Assembly (NCBI GenBank): GCA_040384265.1
Contig: JAZKJM010000005.1
Location: 501,332 to 565,331 of the forward strand
Direction: 5' to 3'
Origin: Pseudomonadota bacterium
Lineage (GTDB): Bacteria; Pseudomonadota; Alphaproteobacteria; Rickettsiales; UBA3002
Length of the DNA: 64,000 nucleotides
The notes beneath the pieces were generated by a model. That model was not told the origin of the DNA. It ran no database searches and was given only the letters and a program-made list of their open reading frames with translations. Position 1 is the stretch's first letter. Each line of letters opens with the position of its first letter. Shown piece by piece: positions 1-9,297 of this stretch. Made by a program: the position numbers and the translations under genes.

Positions 1-1398
1 CACCACGCTTGCACCTTTGGGCAGGTGTTCCCTCGCCCATTCACCCAGCACCACCTGCGGCGCCTGCCGCCATTCTCCAAGCGCAATACTGGTCATCACC
101 ATATCTTTGGCCAGCGGTTTTCCCCAGCCTATGGCCAGCGCCAGCACCACCATGCACGCCGCAACCATCGCCTGTCGGCGGCGTTTCGGCCCAACTGCGG
201 CGACCGCCATATCAAGCGCATGGGCGGCCAACCCCGCGAGCAACGCCAAGGGCACCACCATATATTGCATTTGCACCCAGTATTTGCTGAGCACCGCATA
301 GAAGAAGAAAAGCGTCAGCGAGAACACACCAAGACATAGAAAGAGATGTGGCACGTATTGGTGCCGCCGCTTGATGCGCAGCGCCACAACACCCGCCGCA
401 ACAAACAACAATGGCCAGCGGATGCTGCGCTCGAAGCCGATGCACCAATCCCAGAAATTGGTGATCGTGATCGGTGAGTCACTGGTGAATGCCTTGCCCC
501 ATATGCGCCAGGTCAAAAGGTAATAGCGATCGAACACCGCATATGGCGTCGTCACCACGAACATCACCACCGCAATCACCGCCAACAGGACGCCGTGCAT
601 CAGGTAGCGTTTGATCCATGCGCGCGGGGCCGCTTTCAAGGCAGGCAACCCGCCCATGGCAAGCGCCACCACCAGCGCCGTGAGCGGCACCAAATGCGGC
701 CCGCCCATTTTGGCGCCATGCGCAAGACCCGCGACCAGACCCAGCGCGATCATGGACGCGATATCCTTGTCGCGCAGGTGACGCGCAGCAGTCGCGACCG
801 CAAGCAGGCTCAGGAAGAAAAGCAACATATCCGGATGCAGCATGTAGGCGAGCGACAAGAAGGTGGATTGCGAAGTGATAAGGAACACCCCTGCTCCCAC
901 CTCTGCCCACATGCCCAGCGCACGGCGGATTAACGTGCACACCGCCAGCAGCGTGCAGCAGGCAAACAGCATGGTGAGCACCCGCAATATGATCGGCGCG
1001 GTGGGGAACAACGGGGCACCGGCAAGTTTCATCGGTGCCCACACCGCAAGCGCCATGTCCAAATACAGCCCGCCATAATAGGGGATGTTATAATATTCAA
1101 TATTCAGCCAATGCGCTGGTGCCGGGCGTTTACCGAGGCTGCCGGACAGGTAATTCGCCGGGTTGCCGTAGGGCGCGGCGGTCATCCCATCCAGCTGCAT
1201 GGTGATGAGCGGCTCATCGTCATAAAACGAGGCCAGCAATGGCGCATCGGCAGTATGGCGCGTGATATGCGGCGCAAACAGTATCAGGAACACGAGCAGC
1301 AACGCCGCCGATATCCACGATGGCTTTAGTAAGCCTCTGGCTTCCTGCCAGAGCACACCAAAGCCTGCTCCCACGAGTGTCCTATAATGTTTGATCAT
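1..1398 (-). CDS. Polytopic membrane protein, probable GT-C-fold glycosyltransferase (ArnT/PMT-like); C-terminal part lies beyond the left edge
   Basis: Absent from the ORF track because it has no stop in the window. My minus-strand translation from ATG 1398 (MIKHYRTLVGAGFGVLWQEARGLLKPSWISAALLLVFLILF...) stays open for all ~466 codons to base 1. ATGA start/stop overlap with the upstream oxidoreductase gene. Many hydrophobic helices. Acidic motif right after TM1 (SFYDDEPLI), as in GT-C enzymes. Neighbour of a polyprenyl-P GT2. Confidence 0.5.
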   Translation of the reverse strand, partial: MIKHYRTLVGAGFGVLWQEARGLLKPSWISAALLLVFLILFAPHITRHTADAPLLASFYDDEPLITMQLDGMTAAPYGNPANYLSGSLGKRPAPAHWLNIEYYNIPYYGGLYLDMALAVWAPMKLAGAPLFPTAPIILRVLTMLFACCTLLAVCTLIRRALGMWAEVGAGVFLITSQSTFLSLAYMLHPDMLLFFLSLLAVATAARHLRDKDIASMIALGLVAGLAHGAKMGGPHLVPLTALVVALAMGGLPALKAAPRAWIKRYLMHGVLLAVIAVVMFVVTTPYAVFDRYYLLTWRIWGKAFTSDSPITITNFWDWCIGFERSIRWPLLFVAAGVVALRIKRRHQYVPHLFLCLGVFSLTLFFFYAVLSKYWVQMQYMVVPLALLAGLAAHALDMAVAAVGPKRRRQAMVAACMVVLALAIGWGKPLAKDMVMTSIALGEWRQAPQVVLGEWAREHLPKGASVV

Positions 1399-2513
1399 GG
1401 CGTAGCCTTTTGTAGCATGTGTAAGAGTTCCTGCTCGTTGCCCAGCGGCCATGCCGCCTTCTTCTCGATAAGGGATGATGCATATCCATTGAGGGCCGCA
1501 TTGTCACCGGCTTCATAATAAGCCGCCTGCCATAATGGCCCGGCCAGTGCATCGCGCAGCATGTAGCGCGCGTCGCACTCCTGCATTCCCGCCATGCCGC
1601 TTTTAAGCGCCGCATCCCGTGCCTGCTGCAACTTGGCGTCTGCGGCCACCGTGAACGCAACAGAATCGCGTAAGCTCGCATGCGATGCCGCCCAGCCATT
1701 CGCGGCCACATGCTGTTCAAAAACCCGCCATTGCAGCGCTAACGGAGAGGGTTCCTCCCGCCACTGCGGATCGGCATCTTCGCTTCCACCCGCATGGGTG
1801 ATATGCCCCGGCTCGATAGTGAAATCGAGGCTGATCGTTTCTCCGTTTCCAGTCGTGATCACCGCCTGCCGCACGCGCTTTTTGGCTTCGCGGGCGAGCG
1901 ACACCGTGGCGTTGATATCCCCTGCCGTGAGCGCAAACATGGCATCCCTTCCCCCGCGCGCCAGCGTGCAGCGATCGATCTGCCACGGCAGCGAACCATC
2001 GAGCATGGTGAGAATGCTCCAGATATGGGGCATGATATCCATGGCGATGCTTACCCCTGCATCGTAACGCTTTGCCTCGCCATAGCGGGTTTCGTCGCTC
2101 TCATCATCCCAACGCAGGGCAACCGCACGTATGCAGCCTTTCGCGCCCAGCTGCTGCGCAAAGCGCGTCAGGTAGCGGCAATAAAGAAAATTCAACCCCG
2201 GCATCACCACACAATGCCGCGTGGTAGACAGGGCGATAAGTGCCTCCGCCTCTTGCACCGTATAGGCCGCTGGTTTTTCTATCAGCACGGGCACCCCTGC
2301 TTGCACCAGCCGCATGGCCGTCGCTCCGTGCAGCCGCGCCGCATTGGCAATGATGGCCGCATCCGGCGGGGTTTCCAGCAATGCATCGATGGTCGGATAA
2401 TCACCCGCGCGGGCGACAGTCACCAGCTGGGCAACGCCTGCCGCGGCGGCCACCGTTTGGTGCACCCGCCCCCAGCGCCCACCACCGATAACGGCAAGGC
2501 GGCGAATGGTCAC
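1395..2513 (-). CDS. Gfo/Idh/MocA-family NAD(P)-dependent sugar oxidoreductase
   Basis: Frame of track ORF 1395..2723. Start trimmed to GTG 2513 (GTGA overlap with the rfbG stop), giving VTIRRLAVIGGGRWG (Rossmann GxGxxG) and VPVLIEKP. The extra ~70 upstream codons of the track ORF are Arg/Ala-rich read-through inside rfbG. Confidence 0.7.
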   Translation of the reverse strand: MTIRRLAVIGGGRWGRVHQTVAAAAGVAQLVTVARAGDYPTIDALLETPPDAAIIANAARLHGATAMRLVQAGVPVLIEKPAAYTVQEAEALIALSTTRHCVVMPGLNFLYCRYLTRFAQQLGAKGCIRAVALRWDDESDETRYGEAKRYDAGVSIAMDIMPHIWSILTMLDGSLPWQIDRCTLARGGRDAMFALTAGDINATVSLAREAKKRVRQAVITTGNGETISLDFTIEPGHITHAGGSEDADPQWREEPSPLALQWRVFEQHVAANGWAASHASLRDSVAFTVAADAKLQQARDAALKSGMAGMQECDARYMLRDALAGPLWQAAYYEAGDNAALNGYASSLIEKKAAWPLGNEQELLHMLQKATP

Positions 2514-3571
2514 GCCAGTGCCCCATAACGCGCCAATTGCGCCCGGGTGACCTGCAGCATATCGTCGCCGCGCGTGTGGGCCATATACCATTGCCCCGTC
2601 CATTCGAGCGCCTCTTGCGGTGCGAGCCGTGGCTGCCAGCCCAGTTGCGCGTGCGCTTGCGCAGGGTCGATGCTGAGATAGCCGCTTTCCTTGCGCGTGG
2701 CGTCGGGCGTGCCCTGCACCCACAACGCATCGCTGCCCAGAATGGCGGCGAAACGATCGGCGACATCGCGCACGGTCAGAATTTCTTCCGGTGCCGGGCC
2801 AAAATTGAGCGCGGGCGGCAGCGTTTTCTTTTGCGCCATCTGCTCGGCATACAGCAGATAGCCACTCAACGGATCAAGCGCGTGCTGCCATGGGCGCACG
2901 GCTTCGGGGTGCCGCAGCGACAGTTTCTCGCCCGCCACATAGGCGCGCCACATATCGGGAATCAGCCGGTCTTCCGACCAGTCGCCGCCGCCAATCACAT
3001 TGCCCGCGCGCGCGCTGCCCACCGGCACCTGCGCGGCAGCATAAAAGCTGGTGGCATAGCTGCGCACCACCATTTCGGCCGCGGCTTTCGATGCCGAATA
3101 CGGGTCGCTGCCACCGAGCGGGTGCTGCTCGTCGAACGCCTGCCTGGTTTCGCGGTTATCGTAGACTTTATCGCTGGTAATCACCAACACCGCTTCCAGC
3201 GCGGGCATGTTGCGCAGCGCCTCCAGCAGATACACCGTGCCCATGATATTGGTGTCGAACGTCTCGACCGGCTGCGCGTAGGATCGGCGCACCAGCGGCT
3301 GGGCTGCCATATGGATGGCAATCTGCGGCTGCGCGCGCTGCACCAGCGCGGCGAACGCCGCTTGCTCACGGATATCCTGCAGGTGCGATGCCATTGGCAG
3401 CTGCAGCAGCTGCCACATGCTCGGCTGTGTCTCGGGCGCCAGCGAAATGCCGGTCACCTGCGCGCCCAAGGCTTCCAGCATCACCGAAAGCCACGCGCCC
3501 TTGAAGCCCGTATGCCCCGTCAGCAGGACCCGTTTATCTTTCCAGAATGTCGCATCCGGCAGCATTCCCAT
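2510..3571 (-). CDS. rfbG: CDP-glucose 4,6-dehydratase
   Basis: 353 aa. N-terminus FWKDKRVLLTGHTGFKGAWLSVMLEALGAQVTG (extended-SDR TGxxGFxG), catalytic YSASK (DPYSASKAAAEMV). Length and overall sequence typical of RfbG/DdhB. Directly downstream of rfbF. Confidence 0.9.
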   Translation of the reverse strand: MGMLPDATFWKDKRVLLTGHTGFKGAWLSVMLEALGAQVTGISLAPETQPSMWQLLQLPMASHLQDIREQAAFAALVQRAQPQIAIHMAAQPLVRRSYAQPVETFDTNIMGTVYLLEALRNMPALEAVLVITSDKVYDNRETRQAFDEQHPLGGSDPYSASKAAAEMVVRSYATSFYAAAQVPVGSARAGNVIGGGDWSEDRLIPDMWRAYVAGEKLSLRHPEAVRPWQHALDPLSGYLLYAEQMAQKKTLPPALNFGPAPEEILTVRDVADRFAAILGSDALWVQGTPDATRKESGYLSIDPAQAHAQLGWQPRLAPQEALEWTGQWYMAHTRGDDMLQVTRAQLARYGALA

Positions 3572-3574
3572 GGG

Positions 3575-4345
3575 CTACCACCATTTCCACGGCGCTTGCT
3601 TATTGGCGAGCAGATCCTGCAGGTAACGGCGATCCCGCAACGTGTCCATCGGGTGCCAGAAGCCGTCATGCGTGTAGGCACCAAGCGTGCGCTTGCTCGT
3701 CAGCGCTTCCATCGGTTGGCGTTCGAGCATGATGCTGTCGCCTTCGATATGGTTGAATATCTCATGGTTCATCACAAAGAAGCCGCCGTTGATATAGCCC
3801 TCACCGGTCGTCGGTTTCTCGGAGAACTTCACCACCGTGTTGCCTTCAATCACCGCGGCGCCAAAGCGTGCAGGCGGCTTCACGGCGGTCATGGTCGCAT
3901 CGAACCCGTGTTTTTTGTGGAAGGCGATGGAGGCCGTAATATCAATATCCGCCACGCCGTCACCATAGGTCAGGCAGAAATCCTCGCCGGGGGTCAGGTA
4001 TTCCTGCACCCGGCGCAAGCGGCCACCGGTCTGGGTGTTCTCACCCGTATCGATGATCGTCACTTTCCATGGCTCCGCGCGGCGGGTTAAATGCTCGATA
4101 TGGTTGTTCGCCAGATCAATGGTCACATTGCTCGTATGCAACGGGTAGTTCGCGAAATATTCGATGATGCTCTGCGCCTTGTACCCGGCGCAGATAATGA
4201 ACTCCTCAATCCCATGCTTGGCGTAGATCTTCATGATATGCCACAGGATCGGCTTATCGTCGAGGGTCACCATGGGTTTGGGGATCCGGTCGGTCTCTTC
4301 CGACAATCGTGTGCCAAGGCCGCCGGCTAAAATCACTGCTTTCAT
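3575..4345 (-). CDS. rfbF: Glucose-1-phosphate cytidylyltransferase
   Basis: 256 aa. MKAVILAGGLGTRLSEETDRIPKPMV nucleotidyltransferase signature. The remainder (ILWHIMKIYAKHGIEEFIICAGYK...) is typical of RfbF/DdhA. Confidence 0.9.
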   Translation of the reverse strand: MKAVILAGGLGTRLSEETDRIPKPMVTLDDKPILWHIMKIYAKHGIEEFIICAGYKAQSIIEYFANYPLHTSNVTIDLANNHIEHLTRRAEPWKVTIIDTGENTQTGGRLRRVQEYLTPGEDFCLTYGDGVADIDITASIAFHKKHGFDATMTAVKPPARFGAAVIEGNTVVKFSEKPTTGEGYINGGFFVMNHEIFNHIEGDSIMLERQPMEALTSKRTLGAYTHDGFWHPMDTLRDRRYLQDLLANKQAPWKWW

Positions 4346-4346
4346 A

Positions 4347-5027
4347 TTATCTCCCTGTCAGCCCAAGCGCTGCGTGCTGCGCCCCCAAGGGGCACCATTT
4401 CAACCATCGATCAAACCGCCGCATCAGCTTCTGCGCGAACGGTGTAAATACCAGATACTCATGTTTGCTCTGCACGAAACCTGCTTCCCGCATCCGCTTT
4501 TTCAGTGTGCGCGCGTGCAGCAGAGTGACGCCTTCATCCAGCGGGCTGTTTTTCACCACATGGCACGTCATCGGATTCAGCGGATTATGCTCGATGATGA
4601 TCGCCATACCGCCAGGTTTCAACACGCGCTTCATCTCTTGCAGGAACGCCACCCATGCGGCAGGCGGCACATGGTGCATCACGCAGATGGCAAGGCTCAT
4701 ATCGAAGCGGCCGCTTTCAAACGGCAGCGCCGTGCCATCATAGGGCAGATAGGTCACGCTGGGGTTTTCCTGCTGCGCGAGCTTCAGCACCTCGCCCGCA
4801 ATATCGGTTGCGGAAATGCTAAACCCATCCAGCTTGCGGTGGATCAGCCCGTGGCCGCACCCAACATCCAGCAGCTCCACCCGTTGCGACGGGAAATATT
4901 TTTGGGCGATTTCTTTCAGGAAATCCGCCTTCACTTGCGTATAAAAGTCAAGGCCCTGCCCTGCAAACCCAATGGAGTGCTCGATCGACGTTTGGTAGCT
5001 ATTTTTGCTGTCGTTGAAATCCTGCAT
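4347..5027 (-). CDS. Class I SAM-dependent methyltransferase
   Basis: 226 aa. SAM-binding motif I LLDVGCGHGL and a post-I acidic residue. Tightly packed in the glycan operon (1-nt gaps on both sides). Confidence 0.75.
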   Translation of the reverse strand: MQDFNDSKNSYQTSIEHSIGFAGQGLDFYTQVKADFLKEIAQKYFPSQRVELLDVGCGHGLIHRKLDGFSISATDIAGEVLKLAQQENPSVTYLPYDGTALPFESGRFDMSLAICVMHHVPPAAWVAFLQEMKRVLKPGGMAIIIEHNPLNPMTCHVVKNSPLDEGVTLLHARTLKKRMREAGFVQSKHEYLVFTPFAQKLMRRFDRWLKWCPLGAQHAALGLTGR

Positions 5028-5028
5028 A

Positions 5029-5985
5029 TCAAGGATAATCCGCGCGCCGCTCGATGTTGAGCGCTCTCTCGATGATCACCGTCGGCCGTCGGCGCACCTG
5101 ATTATAGATACGCCCGACATATTCGCCAATGATCCCAAGGAAGATGGCATTCAGGCTGATGCCAAACAGGATCAGCACCGTTGTCGTCGCAAACCCGGAC
5201 GGCCACGGCGCATTAAGGAACAGCCGCGCGAGGATCGTGAACGCCGTGAGCAATGCCGTCACCAGCGATATCGCAATGCCCATATAGGTCGCGACGCGAA
5301 GCGGGGCGGTCGAATAGGAAAATATCCCGTTCATCGCAAGCCTGACCAGCTGCCAGAACGGGAATTTGCTTTCCCCATGCTCGCGCTTGTGGCGGGTGTA
5401 GCGCACCTCGCCCTGACGGTTGGCGAGCTCGGAAATTAACCCACGCACATAGGGGTCGGCATCATCGATATGCTGCAACTGGTCGAGGATATGGCGATCC
5501 GTGAGGCGGAAATCGCCCGCATCCATCACATGAGGGGAGTCGGATATCTGGTTGAGAAGGCGGTAAAATACGCGGCGTATTTTGATCATGTGCCAGCCTT
5601 CGTTGCGCCCCTCGCGCACACCGACCACCACGTCATGCCCTTCGCGCCACAGCCGCAGGAAGTCCGGGAATACCGAGGTCGGGTCTTCGAGATCGCAATC
5701 GATCTGGATCGCGGCATCGCCCTTGGCATAGCGGTAGCCGGTCAGGATCGAGCGGTGAAAACCAAAGTTGCGCGCATAGCGCAGCACCTTCACATGCGGA
5801 TGCGCATGTGCCAAATCGGTGAGCAAGGCAAAGCTGCGGTCGGTGCTGTGGTTATCCGTGAAGATAATCTCGACATCGTAATCGGGCAGGCCTGCGAACT
5901 CGCGCGTAATGGCTTCGTAGGCCTTTACGATGTTCGCCTCCTCATTATACACCGGCACGATAACAGAAATGAGGGGCTTGGCCAT
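5029..5985 (-). CDS. Family-2 glycosyltransferase, polyprenyl-phosphate sugar transferase type (ArnC/GtrB/DPM1-like)
   Basis: Frame of ORF 5029..6012. Start trimmed to ATG 5985 (AGGTAGG just upstream). ISVIVPVYNEEANI, FTDNHSTD, IQIDCDLEDP (DxD-like) and two C-terminal TM helices (PLRVATYMGIAISLVTALL..., TTTVLILFGISLNAIFLGIIGEY). Confidence 0.8.
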   Translation of the reverse strand: MAKPLISVIVPVYNEEANIVKAYEAITREFAGLPDYDVEIIFTDNHSTDRSFALLTDLAHAHPHVKVLRYARNFGFHRSILTGYRYAKGDAAIQIDCDLEDPTSVFPDFLRLWREGHDVVVGVREGRNEGWHMIKIRRVFYRLLNQISDSPHVMDAGDFRLTDRHILDQLQHIDDADPYVRGLISELANRQGEVRYTRHKREHGESKFPFWQLVRLAMNGIFSYSTAPLRVATYMGIAISLVTALLTAFTILARLFLNAPWPSGFATTTVLILFGISLNAIFLGIIGEYVGRIYNQVRRRPTVIIERALNIERRADYP

Positions 5986-5993
5986 GTTCCTAC

Positions 5994-7247
5994 CTAAGCC
6001 AGTATCTTGCATTCAGGCAGTGGCATGATCAGCTTCGATTTCAGCCCGCGCGCACGCAATTGCTCGGCGATGGGCTCCGCATAATGCCATGCCAGCAGCA
6101 CCACATAGTCCGGCTGCTGTTCGATCAGGATGCTGTTATCGACCACAGGGATATGCTTGCCCGGCGTGAACAGGCCCTTTTTCAGGGAAGCCGGCTGCTC
6201 GGCGATATAGGGCATCAGGCTGGTGCCAATATCGCAATAATGCAACAGCGTGTTCGCACGGCCCGGGCAGGAATTGCCCACAAAGCTCTGCCCTTTTTGC
6301 TTCGCGGTCACCGCAAAGTTGACCAGCCGGTCGCGGGATTCCTCGGATGCCTGTTTGAACTTCGCGTAGATATCCGGCTTATGCAGCCCGATATCGAACT
6401 CCATTTTCAGTATCTCGCCCACCGATGCCTCGATCGGACGCGCATCCTTCACGCCCACATGCGCACGGATGTTGCCGCCATAGCGCGATACGCGCTCGGC
6501 ATGGAACACTTCCATGCCATATGGCTTGAACAGCTCGACCAGCGATTTCAGGCTATAGGTGCGGATATGCTCATGGTAAATCGTGTCGTATTGCGCCTTC
6601 TGCAGCACATCCACCAGATAGTGGTTCTCCAGTACGAAGACCCCCGTAGCCCCAATCAACGCGCGAATGCCGCGCACCACATCGCCCAGCGGCGCCATAT
6701 GCGCGAACACGTTCGACGAGGTGATCAGCGCCGCGTGCCCATGTTCCTTCACAATCTCGTTCGCTACCGGCTCATTGAAAAAGTCGTTGACGGTGGGAAT
6801 GCCCGATTCAACCGCAATCGCGGCAATGTTTGTCGGCTCCACACCCAGCACCCGCGCGCCATTGCGCTTGAAGCCGGAAAGCAGCGTTCCATCGTTGGAG
6901 CCAATATCGACCACCAGTGATTTCGCATCGACCTTGTAGCGTTGGGACAGGTCATCGGCCATGATGTGCTGATAGGCCACCAGTTCTTTCGTCACGCCGG
7001 TACGGTAGGGGTATTGCTGGTGATACACGGTGGAACCATCCACGATGTAATCAAGCTGCGTCAGCGTGCATTCCGGGCAGCGCATCAAGCGCAGGGGGTA
7101 ATAGGTCTCCGGCCCGTTCAGCTGCGCTTTGGTCAGCAGCGAATCGCACAGCGGCTGGTGGCCACAATCGAGGACAAGCTCCAAATTGGTGGAGCCGCAT
7201 ACCTGGCAATGCTCGAGCACGCCTGGTTTCACATTATGTTCGATCAT
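5994..7247 (-). CDS. NDP-hexose C-methyltransferase-like SAM methyltransferase with N-terminal zinc ribbon
   Basis: Frame of ORF 5994..7298. Start trimmed to ATG 7247 (MIEHNVKPG...). Four-Cys ribbon CQVCGS...CPEC, SAM motif VVDIGSNDG, and a long C-terminal domain as in TylCIII-type C-methyltransferases. Confidence 0.7.
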   Translation of the reverse strand: MIEHNVKPGVLEHCQVCGSTNLELVLDCGHQPLCDSLLTKAQLNGPETYYPLRLMRCPECTLTQLDYIVDGSTVYHQQYPYRTGVTKELVAYQHIMADDLSQRYKVDAKSLVVDIGSNDGTLLSGFKRNGARVLGVEPTNIAAIAVESGIPTVNDFFNEPVANEIVKEHGHAALITSSNVFAHMAPLGDVVRGIRALIGATGVFVLENHYLVDVLQKAQYDTIYHEHIRTYSLKSLVELFKPYGMEVFHAERVSRYGGNIRAHVGVKDARPIEASVGEILKMEFDIGLHKPDIYAKFKQASEESRDRLVNFAVTAKQKGQSFVGNSCPGRANTLLHYCDIGTSLMPYIAEQPASLKKGLFTPGKHIPVVDNSILIEQQPDYVVLLAWHYAEPIAEQLRARGLKSKLIMPLPECKILA

Positions 7248-7390
7248 TCGCCCAGCCTTTACTAAATGATTACGTAAGGCGCACAAACAAACATACATTC
7301 ACTGGCATATCAACCACGGTTTAGCCCATGTGCATAATCTAGGGGCTGCCATTGGCGCCCGGCTAAACGCGCGCTGGAGCCTGCGTGCGC

Positions 7391-7702
7391 CTAATCCCGG
7401 GTGAGCACTTTCAGAATCGACCCAAGCACGTTGGGGAATTTCTCTTCGACTTCCGCACGGCGCAAGGAATTCATATGCTCCGTGCCCTCGACCACCGTTC
7501 TGACAAGCCCCGCCGCACGCAAAATTTTGAAATGATGCGACATGCTGGATTTCGGGCGATTCAGCACCAGCTCGCCACAGTTCATCGGGCGGCGTTTTTT
7601 GGCAAGGCAGCGCACAATCTCAAGGCGCGTGGGATCCGACAGCGCATACATGATGTCCATCAGGTCTACCTGCTCCATATCGGGGTGCTTCATGTGTTTC
7701 AT
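7391..7702 (-). CDS. ArsR/SmtB-family transcriptional regulator
   Basis: 103 aa winged-HTH: ALSDPTRLEIVRCL...CGEL...SSMSHHFKILRAAGLV. Divergent from the OYE reductase gene. Confidence 0.8.
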   Translation of the reverse strand: MKHMKHPDMEQVDLMDIMYALSDPTRLEIVRCLAKKRRPMNCGELVLNRPKSSMSHHFKILRAAGLVRTVVEGTEHMNSLRRAEVEEKFPNVLGSILKVLTRD

Positions 7703-7780
7703 AAAAAAAACATATCATAGCTCTTGATGGATTTCCATTGTTCGATTATATACGAACAATCGTAATTGCATGAGGATGTT

Positions 7781-8887
7781 ATGACCGACCTGTTTTCTTC
7801 GTACCAGCTTAAAGACGTGAAACTGCGCAACCGCATCGCCATTCCGCCGATGTGCCAGTATATGGCGCATGACGGGCTGGCCAATGCGTGGCACCAGGTG
7901 CATTACCCCGCACTGGCGCGCGGTGGCAGTGCGCTGGTCATTGTCGAAGCAACGGCCGTGGCGCCGGAAGGGCGCATCACCCCGCACTGCCTTGGCATCT
8001 GGAATGATGAACAAGCCGAGAAATTGCGCGAAATCGCCCGCGCCATCAAAGCCGCCGGCGCGGTCCCCGGCATCCAGATCGCCCATGCAGGCCGCAAGGC
8101 AAGCGCCAATATTCCGTGGGAGGGCGACGACCACATGGCAGCCACCGATCCGCGCGCATGGAAAACCATTGCCCCTTCCGCATTGGCCTTTGGTGGCGAT
8201 TTGCCACGGGTGCCCGAGGCCATGAGCATCGCGGACATCAAGCGCGTTGAGCGCAATTTTGTGGATGCGGCCCGCCGCGCCCATGAAGCGGGCTTTGAGT
8301 GGCTGGAACTGCATTTTGCACATGGCTATCTGGCGCAAAGCTTCTTCTCCGCCCACTCCAACACCCGCACCGATGCGTATGGCGGCAGCGTGGAGAACCG
8401 CAGCCGCTTTGGGCGCGAAACATTCGCCGCCGTGCGCGAGGTGTGGCCCGCCAACCTGCCCCTCACCGCCCGTTTTGGGGTGCTGGAATATGACAGCAAC
8501 GATGAGCAGACCCTCAGCGAATCGATCCAACTGGTAAAAGACTGGCGTGCGGATGGGCTCGACATGCTCAGCGTCAGCATCGGCTTCACGATTGGCGAAA
8601 CACAAATACCGTGGGGTCCCGCCTTCATGGGCCCCATTGCCAAACGGGTGCGCAGCGAGGCCAATATTCCTGTTTCCTCCGCATGGGGCTTTGGCGCACC
8701 ACACCTTGCCGATCAAGCCATCCGCGATGCGCAGCTGGATCTCGTGCTGATCGGCCGCGCGCATCTGGCCAATCCCCATTGGCCGTATCACGCCGCCCGC
8801 AAGCTCGGCAAAGACAAACCAACCGAGCTACTGCCCGCCCCCTACGCCCATTGGCTGGCACGCTATCACGACCCAGAGCAGAGCTAA
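7781..8887 (+). CDS. NADH:flavin oxidoreductase, Old Yellow Enzyme family
   Basis: Frame of ORF 7766..8887. ATG 7781 preferred. LFSSYQLKDVKLRNRIAIPPMCQY, ELHFAHGYLAQSF, RTDAYGGSVENR: classic OYE/YqjM motifs. Confidence 0.85.
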   Translation: MTDLFSSYQLKDVKLRNRIAIPPMCQYMAHDGLANAWHQVHYPALARGGSALVIVEATAVAPEGRITPHCLGIWNDEQAEKLREIARAIKAAGAVPGIQIAHAGRKASANIPWEGDDHMAATDPRAWKTIAPSALAFGGDLPRVPEAMSIADIKRVERNFVDAARRAHEAGFEWLELHFAHGYLAQSFFSAHSNTRTDAYGGSVENRSRFGRETFAAVREVWPANLPLTARFGVLEYDSNDEQTLSESIQLVKDWRADGLDMLSVSIGFTIGETQIPWGPAFMGPIAKRVRSEANIPVSSAWGFGAPHLADQAIRDAQLDLVLIGRAHLANPHWPYHAARKLGKDKPTELLPAPYAHWLARYHDPEQS

Positions 8888-8937
8888 CCATCGCCTTGCC
8901 CATTGAATGTAAAAATAGTTTCATGTAATGGGTAAGC

Positions 8938-9246
8938 GTGCGCGTTCTTTTCACAGTGATGCTGATGCTCTTCATGTTCACCGCCAACCAGGCGGCAGCG
9001 GCGTTTGAGCATTGCGACGATCCGGCCTGCTTCGACTATATGGGCGGGGTGCAGAAGAAATCCGAAACCTCGAAGGATGCCCACGCCAGCCATTGTGCCG
9101 CAGGCTGCCACCAGGCCGCCGCCATACCGCAGCATGATGCATGCACTGCCCGCAACGCCGACAGTGCAACCACCTTCTGGGCCGAGCGCCCCTTCCCGGA
9201 ATCCGCCGTTGGCGAAGGATTCATCGAGCCACCCTCTCTCGCATAG
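8938..9246 (+). CDS. Small secreted Cys/His-rich protein (possible periplasmic metal-binding accessory of the efflux operon)
   Basis: 102 aa. Signal-peptide-like MRVLFTVMLMLFMFTANQAAA/AFEH. Mature part has FEHCDDPAC, HASHCAAGCH and HDAC. 51 nt upstream of the outer-membrane factor gene, same strand. Confidence 0.5.
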   Translation: MRVLFTVMLMLFMFTANQAAAAFEHCDDPACFDYMGGVQKKSETSKDAHASHCAAGCHQAAAIPQHDACTARNADSATTFWAERPFPESAVGEGFIEPPSLA

Positions 9247-9297
9247 TGCTTCGCGCCGCTGGGCGCTGTTCAAAGCCATTCTATCGCGAGATTCCTT

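Noticed and set aside
1395-2723. Long N-terminal extensions suggested by the ORF track (also 10394, 19228, 21581..22252, 29881..30588, 30826..31431, 36024..39623, 39639, 55689, 5994..7298)
   Set aside because: The extensions overlap the upstream gene, are compositionally odd (Arg/Ala-rich or non-hydrophobic before a signal anchor) and precede much better internal starts with RBS-like sequences or start/stop coupling. The starts were trimmed accordingly.
2537-4090. 517-aa plus-strand ORF spanning the rfbG/rfbF region
   Set aside because: It is antisense to two genes with unmistakable signatures. Its product is Arg/His/Gly/Ala-rich low-complexity sequence, typical of shadow ORFs in GC-rich DNA, and it has no motif.
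7715-8791. 358-aa minus-strand ORF opposite the OYE reductase gene
   Set aside because: Shadow ORF antisense to a well-supported gene. Its composition is biased (G/A/R/H) and it has no recognisable domain.
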